Shown: piece after piece, positions 51,380 to 62,372 of the stretch
Layout of the letters: the number at the start of each line of letters is the position of its first letter
How positions within the stretch are numbered: the first letter of the stretch is position 1
DNA from: Takakia lepidozioides
Lineage: Eukaryota > Plantae > Bryophyta
Length of the DNA stretch: 64,000 nucleotides
Assembly (NCBI GenBank): GCA_030704615.1
Contig: CM060732.1
Location: 47,740,001-47,804,000, forward strand
Reading direction: 5' to 3'
Notes under the pieces: generated by a model
The model's database searches: none
The model's input: the letters and a program-made list of their open reading frames with translations, nothing else
Told to the model about the DNA's origin: nothing
Made by a program: the position numbers and the translations under genes

Positions 51380-52620
51380 CCACAGAGCATGCACCTCAAA
51401 CCTGTAGGTACCACTGCCAAGTTTGGGTCAACTTTGCCATCGACATTGGAAAGGTGACATGGCGCACAATTACGCACATGGTCCTTCCAAGTCATGCCAT
51501 CCCAACCCTCCAAGATCAGGACCCCTGAGGGCAACACTTCTCGAACCCTCATAATAACACGCCCTGCAGTAACATCCAGAGTCGTAGGAGCAGTCTGCTG
51601 CAAATAAACATAGTCACCAGGGCTAAACCTCCGAACCCCAAGACGATATCCTCCACCACGTATAGTGGCATACCTCAACGTATCACGGTGTTGTGCAATG
51701 GCAAGGTTCTCAAAAGCCATGGGCACGACTTTCTTAAACAACTCTGCATGCTGATCACATGCACGTATCCACACGTCCGGATCGTCAAGGTTAAGGACTT
51801 GAGCAGTGTCCCTACGAATGGCTGCAGGCAAATCCGGCTCTCAGCCAAAGAGAAGGAAATATGGTGAGAAGGAGGAAAGTGATGCTTGTTTGCTGAACCT
51901 GTAGCCCATGGCTAACCAAGGAACCTGAAGATCCCAATCTCCTAGGTGTCCCTTCTGCAAGCCATACTTGCGCAAACCCCTCTTCACCGTCTGAACAACT
52001 CTCTCTGCTAGGCCATCGGCCTCAGGATGATCCCGAGAAGTGGTGCGGTGGTCTATCAAGGCTTTATCACACAAAGCCTGAAACTCCCCCAAGAACTCTC
52101 TCCCTTGGTCCGTGAGTACCTCAGCTGGAGCACCAAATCGGCTAAGCACACAATCCAAGAATGCATACGCAGCCCCCTCACTAGCCTTGTCAGGCAATGG
52201 AACCAACTCAATCCACTTGGAGAAGTGCTCCACCATCACCAACACATATCTGTGGTGGCGCATAGTCAGTGGCAACGGTCCTGCGAAGTCAAGACTCCAC
52301 CTATAGCCCAATCCCATGATTGGTAAAGGATGCAACTGTGGTATAGGGGCGTTGAATGAAGCACACACCCTGTCACACACCATGCACCTAGCCACGAACT
52401 GTTGCACCTCTGTATGCATACCACGCCACCAATACTGCCCCTGCAGTAATCTGTGAGTGCGTCGCACTCCAAAATGCCCCAACTCCTCATGGGCATGCCG
52501 CACTAACCGTGCACGCTGTGTGGGGTGAGGCACAATCCTCACCCGACCATCCTCCCATACTCGAAGTAGGTGTATCCCCTCCCACTTGAACCTCTTGGCT
52601 CGTTGCAGGATCCGATCCCA
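51380..52620 (-). pseudogene. Integrase copy 1 (extra, upstream of RT), truncated at the start of its PHD
   Basis: DRILQRAKRF..HEELGHFG..CMVC..WSLDFAGP..LTDQGREF..GLAERVV..; ends at LRCMLCG. Paralogous to, but visibly diverged from, 48250-49400. Confidence 0.9.
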
Positions 52621-52621
52621 G

Positions 52622-53480
52622 AGCTGGCACAGCTGTAGTGCCCGTGGCAAATCCCATTGCCCGCTCTCGCTCATCTGCATTGGGCTCCACCAATTGCTGT
52701 AGCACACTGTCCCAAATCAACCCAGGACCATTGTCTCGAAAAGCATGAGACGAGGGAAAGCTCATGAGCGTAGGCAAGGCCGCATGTGGCTGCCCCACTC
52801 AATTTACCACTGCTAGAGGTGGACGATCATCATGTTGCACCCTCTGTGGTTACCTCCCTTGGTCCAAAATGCCCTCAACTGTGAGATTGGGTGGCTGTTG
52901 AATGGAATCGTATGCTCTCTTGAGCAGCTCTGGTGGTGCAAGATTGGTCCACCACAATCGAGGTCGATGCGCTCGTGATCCCACCGCTGCTGCATCCAAT
53001 AACACCACCGATCCAATCCAAGACCGCACCTGATGTTCACTGGCCATAACCCTGGCCCGAGAGTCCCCCATAAGAGGAACATTCTCCAAGATATAGGCTA
53101 GAGGTTGCACTTGCCTCGTCTGCAAGTCACGCAACACTCTCAACATCTCCCAAAACAAATGCGATCGTGCATCATGCAAGCCGTTCCCATGACCTGCGGG
53201 AGAGTGTCCTTGGCAAGGCTATCCAGCTATCACCAAGTCAATGGCACCATGCCGGTCCAAATCATCCGCCCTCGGCAAGGTAATGTCTGATGGCAAGGCC
53301 TTTTGATACCCTTGAATTGTTGAGAGAGACAACAACTCAGGGTACCGGTGTGTGAGCAAGGCGATGTGGCGCATAGAAATACGCTCCACATACAAGTACT
53401 TGCGTACTTTAATCCCAGCTTGCAACACTCCTGCAAGCCCAGTACTCATGCCTCCAAACAGGTCTAGCAAACAAATCCCT
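52622..53480 (-). pseudogene. DNMT3-like C5-cytosine DNA methyltransferase domain inside the retroelement polyprotein
   Basis: Motif I LLDLFGGMSTG; motif IV IDLVIAG*PCQG (TGG>TAG before the catalytic PC); motif VI YILENV; motif VIII SRAHRPRLWWTN; motif IX ERERAMGFATGTT. All lie in one frame continuous with the protease ORF. Motif X is lost at the 52620 junction. Confidence 0.88.
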
Positions 53481-53849
53481 GAGTTAGGTGGTTGCCAGAT
53501 AATGGGCACTGTATCCAAAGGAGCTAACTGAGGAAGTCCAGGTGATGTCACTAAACTCCCCTCACTCACCAATGGATATGCCTCCTGCCATGCTTGGTGC
53601 ACACACTCGCCTGCTACTCGATGCAAATTCCTAACTGTACCCCACAGTGGAATATGAACAGACACATGAGGAAGCAAATCAGCCTTGTATGCCAATTGTT
53701 TGTCCTCATCAGGTGGTGGCCTATCATCTGCATGACTATTGCCCTCCAAGAGCTCACCACCCCAAGCCACCACCCCTGAGAATGCAGCCAATGTGGGCAT
53801 CATGTTCCTATGATCCACCGCTACATTCCCAATAAACCGCACTGGGAGC

Positions 53850-54300
53850 AGTGCACGTCGACCATCCCCTGACTGCCATTCCGGCCTGTAGGATGTTGTT
53901 TCCTCCCAAAAGTCCAAAGTAAAGCCCATCGGGTATAACACAACCCCACCAACAAGCACATCATAAGACATCGCGTCCGTAACAATGGTTTTAGCTCTCA
54001 TGACAGAGCCATCTGTAGGATGATCTGGCTGCAATCGAATGAAGAGCTCATGGTGGGTAATCCCTCGTGTTTTCTCTAAACCACCCAAATATGTTTGAAT
54101 TTGGAAAGGACAAGGCTCCAAATTCGCCTCTGTAAGGCCCAAGCCTGCAATTGCTGCTCTCCCCAACATCAATGGATGTGCTCTCGAGTCCAACAAGACC
54201 CGCAGTGGCCTATATCTCCTCCCGGCTGGGCCACCCAACTGAAACACACCATCCTGATTGTCCACCAGGACTACCCCAGGAGTCACCATACTACGTTCAA
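53850..54300 (-). pseudogene. Retropepsin-like aspartic protease
   Basis: RVLLDSRAHPLMLG (DSG with G>R) ... SYDVLVGGVVL. Confidence 0.7.
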
Positions 54301-55006
54301 TGACTGGTTTAGCTGGCAACTCCTGCAACCTTGCAGCTGCCGCTTGCCATGGCGCAGCTGTGGCTGTTTTCACCCTTGAATCCAAGGCATCCATGCACTG
54401 CATCTGATCCGCTATCCCCGCAGATAGTGCCCATGCATCACCACTCTCACAGAGTCTAGCTGCCATTCTAAACACTGCAGCTGGCCGCATCCCCGACATT
54501 GCAATTGTCGTGGCAGAAAACAATGGAGCTTGGCAAATTGTCGTAGCCGCCCCCAACAATGTACTGGCTGCACCTTGCTTTGCAGCACCACCCAGTGGCA
54601 TTTCCCGAGCCACGTCAACTCTCCCCAATGACACTCGTGGCTCTACTTCTGATACACTTGGGCGAGCGGGAGCCATCGATGGCATAGTTGGCACTGTCTC
54701 AGCCAATGTGAAAGACTGTGGAACCCTTGTTTGTCGACTTGCTTCCCCTCTTTGTGGATCAAAATCCATATCCGCTCCTCTTGGCTCAGGAGCACGCGTT
54801 GCTGCTCGAGTGACAGCAGCTACAGAGTCCACATGCAATGGTCCTGCAAGTGTGGCTCCACACATGAAGCCCATACCAATCTGGTCTTCCCTAGGCATAT
54901 GAGGTTGTGCAGGTGGGGCTTGAACCTCAAGCCTTGGAGCTGGCACAATATGAGTAGTGACCATGGCAGCAAGACGTTGCTCTAGCTGGGCAAGTCTATC
55001 CACCAT

Positions 55007-56384
55007 GCCTTGGTCATGATCTTGACCCTGACCCTGTGCTCCTTGGTTTTGGTTACGTCCTCCACCACGACCTCTGCCTCCTCTACCTCTCTGGAATTGC
55101 CTCGCCCTCGGCCACCATTGTTCCCTTAGAACTGGCCTGGCCGTAGCTCAGGATGCAAGTCATAACAATGGGCCTCCTCATGCCCATACTTGCCACAATG
55201 CCCACACTGTAGTTGTGTAGGCTGTGCCTGTGCCGGCCCTTTGCCTCTCTCCGGGCAATCTCTCTTAACATGGGGTCCTCCAAAATCCCAACATGTCACA
55301 CCCGACTGTTGTTGGCCTGAGAATAAAGGAAGTGACCTCTGAAATTGAGATCCTCTCTGTCCTTCCCTGGGCTTCGCCTGCGCCCCCTTGTTGCCTTGAG
55401 CACGTTGGGGTAGTGGTTGTTGTTGGCTAGGAGCCCCACTTCATTGTGTCTCCTTACCAAATTCCACCATGACCACTCGCTCCTCCACCATATTGAGCTC
55501 TATCCGTTCTGCCAACAAAAACACGTTTGCTAATGTGGGTTGGTCCACTTGTAGGAGAGTTGCATCCCACACCCTTCTCCTCAGCTCCTTGTCCAATATC
55601 CCATACAGAATTGGATTGCTTGAGCTTCCGTAACCCCTTGCGTTACATTTATCAATCGCCTCATGTGAGTGTAAGCCTCCCTCAAACTCTCGGCAGGCTT
55701 TCGTTGGAACTCTTGCAAACTCCGCAATTTCTCCGTCCTTATCCCCTGGTAGCTTCTCCTTAACTCCTCGAAGAACTCCACAACTGGGTTAAAGGCAGGC
55801 ACGGGTGTTGGTGCTGCAGCAGGAGCTTGGGTGGACTTCCCAGCTCCTGTTCCACTTAACGTCCCACTGCTGCTTGCAGAAGCTGCCGGTGTAGCTACCG
55901 GTGTCACCACTGCCCTTGTGCCTCTAGTGATGGAGACATAATCAGGTGACCAATACACCCGCCATTCCTCAATCTCTACCTCATGTCCCCGCCTAACCTC
56001 ATGGTAGTCATCCATGGGCGGCCCCTCAAGGTGCTGAAACAACCCCTTCCACGCCATAAAGGGCGTAAACAGTTGTGGATTGCGCATTTGCTGCAAATCA
56101 CACCAACTGTCAAACTCTTGTATGAAGTCATCAAGCTCGATGGTACCCACAGCTCCAGAGTACCTACGTGGCCCCTTGGTAGCTCCATACATTTCCTCCA
56201 TCGTATCCCACAACAATGGCACGGAAATGGCTTGCACCCTCGGTGAGAATCCTCCTAACTCTGAGTTTGAACCTTCCTCAGAAGACACTGAAGGTGAAGG
56301 TGGCCTAAACCGCACATCTCGTCTTGTATACCCACTAGTATCGCTGGTGCTCGTACCGGCACTCTCCTCAGCAACTGGTGGCAC
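55007..56384 (-). pseudogene. Gag with two zinc knuckles
   Basis: LDDFIQEFDSWC..FQRKPAESLREAY (capsid-like). After a frameshift: CWDFGGPHVKRDC, CGHCGKYGHEEAHC and an RG-rich tract leading into the protease ORF. Confidence 0.85.
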
Positions 56385-56799
56385 CTCCGTGATGAAAACT
56401 CACAACCATACCTGTTGTAAACTTGTCTCTATAGCCCCTTTCCACAAGGTAACCGGGTAGAGAACCTGTTGCAGCTTATGGCTTAGACTATTAGGTTTGT
56501 AACATAAACCTGCACCTGCATCCACTGCAAGCACTCATATGGTCTGCTGGTCATCAATCCAGCCTCACCATAAGAGAAACAATGATGGTCTGACTGGTCA
56601 TCACCCCAGCCTCACCACCGACAGCATGCTCTAGAATTGGCCGGTGATCAAATCCGGACCAACCTCCTATGAAAACAAGCGCACACACAAAACTGACATG
56701 GCGCACAGTCAAACATGCAGGTGTGGGGGGGATCCAAATACAAGAAAATCAAGACAGTAATTCCCCCACACAAAAAAAAACACTCCACAGTGTCGCTCT

Positions 56800-57358
56800 T
56801 GTAAGGACACCCCGGCCCAAACCCGGACTGACTCTTGCCTCCACCTACGGAAAGGTTTTGGCCTACATAGAGGGTGGAAGACTACAGGGAAGAGAGAGTA
56901 AAGCAATTCCTAATCCCAGAATGCTCTCATCCCACTAGTCTCCCCCTATCTCTAAACGCTCTTGCTCATGACCAACAGACATAACTACCTTCCAGGGTCT
57001 CTCAAATAACTCTCCAAGAGCCCTCAAGATGTCTCTCAAACAATCTCACTAAGGCCCCCAAAGCCTGCCAAATCTTGGCCCTCAAGGACCCCAAAAAGTC
57101 CTTCAGACAAGTTGCCAAAGACTCCTTAAGCTCGCCAAATATTAGCCTCCAAGGACCCCAAAATAGTCCTCCAAATAGCCCTCCAAAGCTCCAAATGTTT
57201 GCCAAATATTGGTCTTTAAGGACCCCCAATAGTCCTCCAAACAGTCCTCCAAACACCCCTTCAAGAGCTCTTCAAGTGTCTTACAAAAGCTCCTCAAAGG
57301 ACCCCCCAAAGATCCTCCAAAGGCAATACTCCTCCAGATACACCCTAGATGTCATACA
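56800..57358. mobile_element. Probable unrelated solo LTR nested in the element leader
   Basis: Starts TGTAAGGACAC and ends GATGTCATACA (imperfect terminal inverted repeat). 4-bp flanks CTCT/CTTT; internal gtcctccaaa subrepeats. No second copy in the window. Confidence 0.45.
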
Positions 57359-58830
57359 CTTTTAATGAACACGTATGGTAGGCAAAGTCTCTCCACTTGT
57401 ATCCATACAGGGGTTCCATACACTGTTCACAAAAGTGTATGATGGGCAGAGGGAGCCCATACACAGTTTCTTGAAGAGTATGGAGACTAGGGTTTGTAGA
57501 GTATAGTAAGAAACTCCTTCTTCATGGTATCTCCCCCCCTAACATGCATGCAAGATTGCATTATCTTACTTTGCAATGCATTCATCCCAAATTGACAAGT
57601 TCCTCTTGATCTCCTTGGAACTCATAGCAAGCTAATGTGTCCAATGACAAGCGCCAAGCCTTTGCTTGAATTTGAATTTTGTATGCCATCTTCCATGTGC
57701 TTTCCCTTGCATGGGCTAGTCACACACACTTCCACCTCTTGACCTAGGTGTTCTCTTCATTCATCATAATGTGTATCCAACCTCTATTCAAGAGCTCATC
57801 TTCTCAAACTTGAAGTCACAAGCCCTAATGAGCATGCTCCACATAAGCATCATTTGCTTGATCAACCATCCACCACAAAACTTAAGCAAAAAGGGAATGA
57901 ATACATGACCTTCATCTTCCCCTTCCTTGTCTTGTCACATGCTAATGTATGGTTGAAGTTTTTATGCATGCCGTGAGCCACAATCTCCTTTCTTCATGAA
58001 GACCACCTCCAATGATCTCCCACATGTGCTCCAAGCTCTTCAATACTCTAGGCTTGGTTTCACATCATCATGGATAGAATTCTCACCCACATGCTTCCCT
58101 TTGGAGTCATCTTGAGCTTCTTGATGCTCTCCAAGTGGTTGCTTTTGTTGTCTTCAAGCCCTAGCCTATATAGCTCCTTGGCTTTTCTTCCACAACATGC
58201 ACCACCTCATACACAAGGAATAAACTTGCTCACTTCACCTTCTAACTTTCCTCAAGCTTGAATTGGAAGCCACACTTGGAAAGCATGCCCCACACATGCG
58301 CCACTTGCTTGGTCAACCACTTGCTTCACCAAGAGCAATCCAAGAACTCATAGAACTAGCAAAAGCACTCCCTTCTAGCGCCGCCTTGCTTGCTTGTTTG
58401 TCAACCAAAAAAACCCCACTTGGCTTCATTTCACCATGGATAGAACAACCACTTCTTAGCTTCTCTTGAGCTACTCAATGCTCCTCAAGCTACCCTTGTT
58501 GTACTCCTTCTATTCCAACCCAAGCATGTGCGGCTCTTTGGCTTCTCTTTCACACCATGAACAACTAGAGCTTGCTCTTGAAACCCTAGTGTCTATCTTC
58601 TCCACACACAAGACGCTTCTCTTGTGATGCAAGAGCTCTTTTCAAAAGCTCTCCACCTCTATAGAGCAAAGTAATGCTTCTCAAACCCTAACATCCATGT
58701 TCTCCATGCCACAAGGATTTTCCTTTGCAAAACCTGCAACACCTTGCAACACAAGAGCTCTTTACCAAGCTCTCTCCAACACACAAGTGTTAAACTAACC
58801 CTTACACTCCGCACTCACAAGCATAAGGAG

Positions 58831-58843
58831 ATCTTCTTGTAGT
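58831..58843 (-). promoter_or_regulatory. Self-priming-type primer binding site
   Basis: At the 3' edge of the 5' LTR, (A)CTACAAGAAGAT is exactly complementary to LTR-internal 59016-59028. There is no TGG tRNA-type PBS. Confidence 0.7.
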
Positions 58844-59206
58844 GATAATGGAAGTGAACACACAATGGAAACACTCCACTCATGAATCCACTCAATCACA
58901 TAAACTAAGTCAAGTCAAGGGCACTTTTGCTATAAGAATCCACCCTACAAAGCCCTCACCACACTCCCTCTCAATACCTAGAGCTATGGAGGTGGGAGAG
59001 GCTCATGGAGGCTCAACTACAAGAAGATGAGCCCTCCTCAACACTCACAAGAGAAAACCCATCCCCATGTCCCAAGTGAGGTTTGACACCTCACTTGGCA
59101 TGTGAGACCAAATGAAGTCCCAACACACAAAATACAAATATAAATATCCAAAATGTCCTAGTTAACTAGTAGGTAATTCTAGTTAACCATGACTAAAACC
59201 ATGACA
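58843..59206. repeat. LTR segment B, 5' copy
   Basis: TG...CA termini; matches 47386-47753. Confidence 0.9.
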
Positions 59207-59339
59207 CAAGAACCACCATCCTTGGATGAAGGATAAATTGATTTTTTTATATTTTTTTGTCGATATCAGAAGGCGCATAATTGTTTTAATGGTCAAAAAC
59301 CTAGCAACCATGCTATAGCTATAATGTTGCATCAGATTA

Positions 59340-59800
59340 ATCTTTTGTTGGATGAATAAAACGATTAACATGATTGGGAAGCTTGAAAGCAAGATAGACT
59401 GGTTTGTGATCGGTCCAATATGCTTCGGTCATACCGGATTTGCATGGCAGGGGTGGCGCATTCTTGCACTCGTTTGTGACCAAACAAATATCGGACAAGA
59501 AAGACAATCGGACATCCAAAAATAGTTGTGAAGTCTCCCCACAATCCTCCATTGGTCGCGTTCGTAGACATTTTTTCAATGTATCGTTCTAGTGTGCTGA
59601 CTTGTCCCATTATGCAGAGACAAAAGAAATTCTGGAGAAAGTTGTCTTCGACAATCTATAGCTGGCTGGGTATGGAGATCCAACGCTTTCTTAAAATGAC
59701 ACATTGTATTTTGTCGCATAAGCATAGAAGATTGGCTATAGTTCAAAAGAAAAGCCATGGAATCAAAGAGGCAATCTCCAGCAACAAACGACTAGTCATG
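59340..59800 (-). pseudogene. OTU-like cysteine protease remnant (TE-associated)
   Basis: AGDCLFDSMAFLL..MRQ (catalytic Cys motif) and YIEKMS...GLWGDFT; frameshifted, no introns seen. Confidence 0.6.
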
Positions 59801-62001
59801 TTGTCGAACTAACCCTTATTTTGACAACTCTGTATCAATGTCCCGCTCCCCGATGTTTGCCATATCTAAATGTGAGGAATAAAAATGATGGTATATCAAC
59901 GTGCAGTATCTGTACGGATTTCAAATGCCCAATGCTTTTTCCCTCAATATAGCACTCAATTCCAACACCAATATATATAACACTGAATACTTTTGCACCG
60001 ATATTGGTACTTAGGCCGAAATGTCAAAACAGATTGTCCAAAACCATGACCAAATGTCACTTAAAATCTAGCTGAACTTCTTGGTTATGCTCATCCATGA
60101 GATTTTCGATACAACATTAAATCCGATCCATATAATATTTACTTTGTACAATCAGTGCATTCAAGTCTATGCATGATCAAGTATTAGAATTGAAAACAAT
60201 ACTTGGTACAATATATGCACATTATAGTAGTACTCAACATGTTTAAACAACTTTCATATGTACTACATAGCCTACTAGCAGCCTACAATAGCCATACAAT
60301 AGACTCCCTAGCACTTGATTTTGACTGTCAAGCATTAGCACAATGGGAAAGGCACTATCGATACAGGCATAAACTAACCAAACTTGACCTATGCCATAAG
60401 TTTCAATTATAGACTTAACATAGTTGCAGGACATTTTAGGGTTGAAGTGGGATGAAAGACAAGAAAAGTACCTATTGGTCGAATTTGCAGGCATTCTCAC
60501 ATCAACCAAGTTCAGATTATCTATGTGTCATTGCTGTGCCAGTCCTATACCCTCCCTCTAGAAAGACCTAGAACCAACTCCACATATCCCAATATCCCGT
60601 AGTGTGGACAAAGTCAAGAGACATGAAAATTATATTTTCATAGCAAATGACCCTATTGAACCATTTGGACACGCTCACCATTCTCTCGCTTTCGATCCTA
60701 AAGCTTGGTACCAATGTTATGTCCCAGTACTAGAGTGAGCCCTATAGTCTCTTCCCTCTTGTTTTGCCCAAACTGTGCGTGGCGTCTATGGCTGTTACAA
60801 AGTTACTACTAGTGGGTGAAGCATGTACTTGCATCTGGAATAGCAGCAGCAAGTGAATGGATGTAGCATTCCTATTCAAACTAACAGAGTCTTGCCGGGC
60901 ACTTGTTTGAGGTCTTTGACATCAAGGTTCATGAAGTACAAGTCCCCTAACTCATCCATGTCCGCCTTCATCTTTTCCTTTGTGGAGTCTGACATATTTA
61001 GGTAATACCTGAATTCCAAAGAACGGTCATCTCAGATTTTCCACACTACAATATTTTGGTCAGTTGCAATCAATATACAATCAATGAAAGAGAAACTCAA
61101 CTCCCCACCGCATCCATTAAGTCCAAAGATAGAAGGAAAGACCGTTCTCTAACAGTAGGACCTTATTGCCCTAACTGCTTAGCATATTCATGTACCTCAT
61201 TTCACTCACTGCTTAGCATATTAATGTAAGAGGATGCAACTCCAACAAAGGACCCCAAGCAAAGCACAGATTCTCATTGTATGCTTAATTCCATCCATTT
61301 CTATGCTTAATTCCATTCATCAATCAAGTTTGACCAACGGTGTTGATCAAATTCATCCTACGCCTTAGGACGCACCACATGTTTGAAATCAATATAAATT
61401 GTCACCTAATCCATGGATTTACATCCATCCATAATTAAGTCCATCTCATAGTACCCACATTCATCCAAAAATGGAACACATAAAGAACATAAAGAGTTCG
61501 ATGCCGTAGTCCCTGCTAAAGGCAGGGCCAATAAACTCCATTTTGTCTGCACAAGAGGGATGAGCCAGTTTTAATTTAACCTACTTTTACACTTTGGACC
61601 CAGATAAAATGCATTCCGTTTTATATTTTGAATAAATGAAAATACAAAAAAAGAACACAATAATGCCAAAATTTACCCTGAGGATAGAAAAAAACTGGGC
61701 AATTGAACAAGCTCATAACCCTCAATATTCTCAAATCTCTCTTACAATTTCAGTGTGCAGCAAACTGGCTGCACTCTTCAGCCACACTTTTTGCAAGTAC
61801 CCTCACTGCACAATTACAACCCTCCTTCCCTCAGTTTACATCCTCACACAACAAATACATAGGACAGAGGAAAAAGTTCACCTATGTGGCCCCAACTATC
61901 AATGATGATGGCTGAACTGTGGAAGGCAGGTTCAATTTTCATTTCACCCTTACCTATATCCTCATCGCCATATACCCTTCATCCCAACGTATACCTTTTG
62001 A

Positions 62002-62075
62002 CTAGGTAAGGTATGTAGGATAAGAGTAAGTTTAGGTAACAATACCCTTACTTTTATCCTACATACCTCACCTAG
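62002..62075. repeat. 29-bp inverted repeat with a 16-nt loop
   Basis: ctaggtaaggtatgtaggataagagtaag / cttacttttatcctacatacctcacctag, 2 mismatches. Confidence 0.8.
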
Positions 62076-62372
62076 GGCATTGTTACTAGAACACATCGGC
62101 CTCAGGTTCAGGCATGCTACTTTATTGCACATACACCTCTGCATCCCCAGCTCAGTTGCTGGGGGATGCAGTTTTTTCGGAGGAGCGATGACTTGTGTTG
62201 CATGAATATAAGCAAAAGCACATAGTCAACTCCTTGGTACTGAGTTCTAGTAGATGACCTACAGATGAACTTAAATGAAGAGGAAGAATGATATTCCGAC
62301 TGCAATCTGCAGAGTCGTAGATGATAATAGTTGTCTGGAGACTGCATGCAAGACATTCCCAGGTGCGTGCAA

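Larger units (their letters stand above)
47299..59206 (-). mobile_element. Ty3/Gypsy LTR retrotransposon (composite, inactivated) encoding Gag-PR-C5 DNA methyltransferase-[IN]-RT-RH-IN-PHD
   Basis: Terminal repeats B (47386-47753, 58843-59206) and A (47299-47383, 47756-47840), TG...CA bounded apart from one T>A change. PPT AGGGGGGCG at 47843-47851. RT-RH-IN domain order of Ty3/Gypsy. Weak 4-bp TSD CGAG/CAAG. Confidence 0.92.

Noticed and set aside
52622-53480. Host DNMT3/DRM gene or bacterial contaminant MTase
   Set aside because: It is intronless, in frame with a retroelement protease and enclosed by LTRs. Its motif order is unpermuted, unlike DRM.
47299-59206. DIRS/Ngaro tyrosine-recombinase element
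   Set aside because: The repeat layout is similar, but the element has a protease, DDE integrase, PPT and TG...CA ends, and no recognisable tyrosine recombinase.
60690-60760. LTR end plus tRNA-Met PBS (ACA-T-TGGTACCAAGC on the - strand)
   Set aside because: Poor match to TGGTATCAGAGC, with no partner LTR or coding remnant identified.
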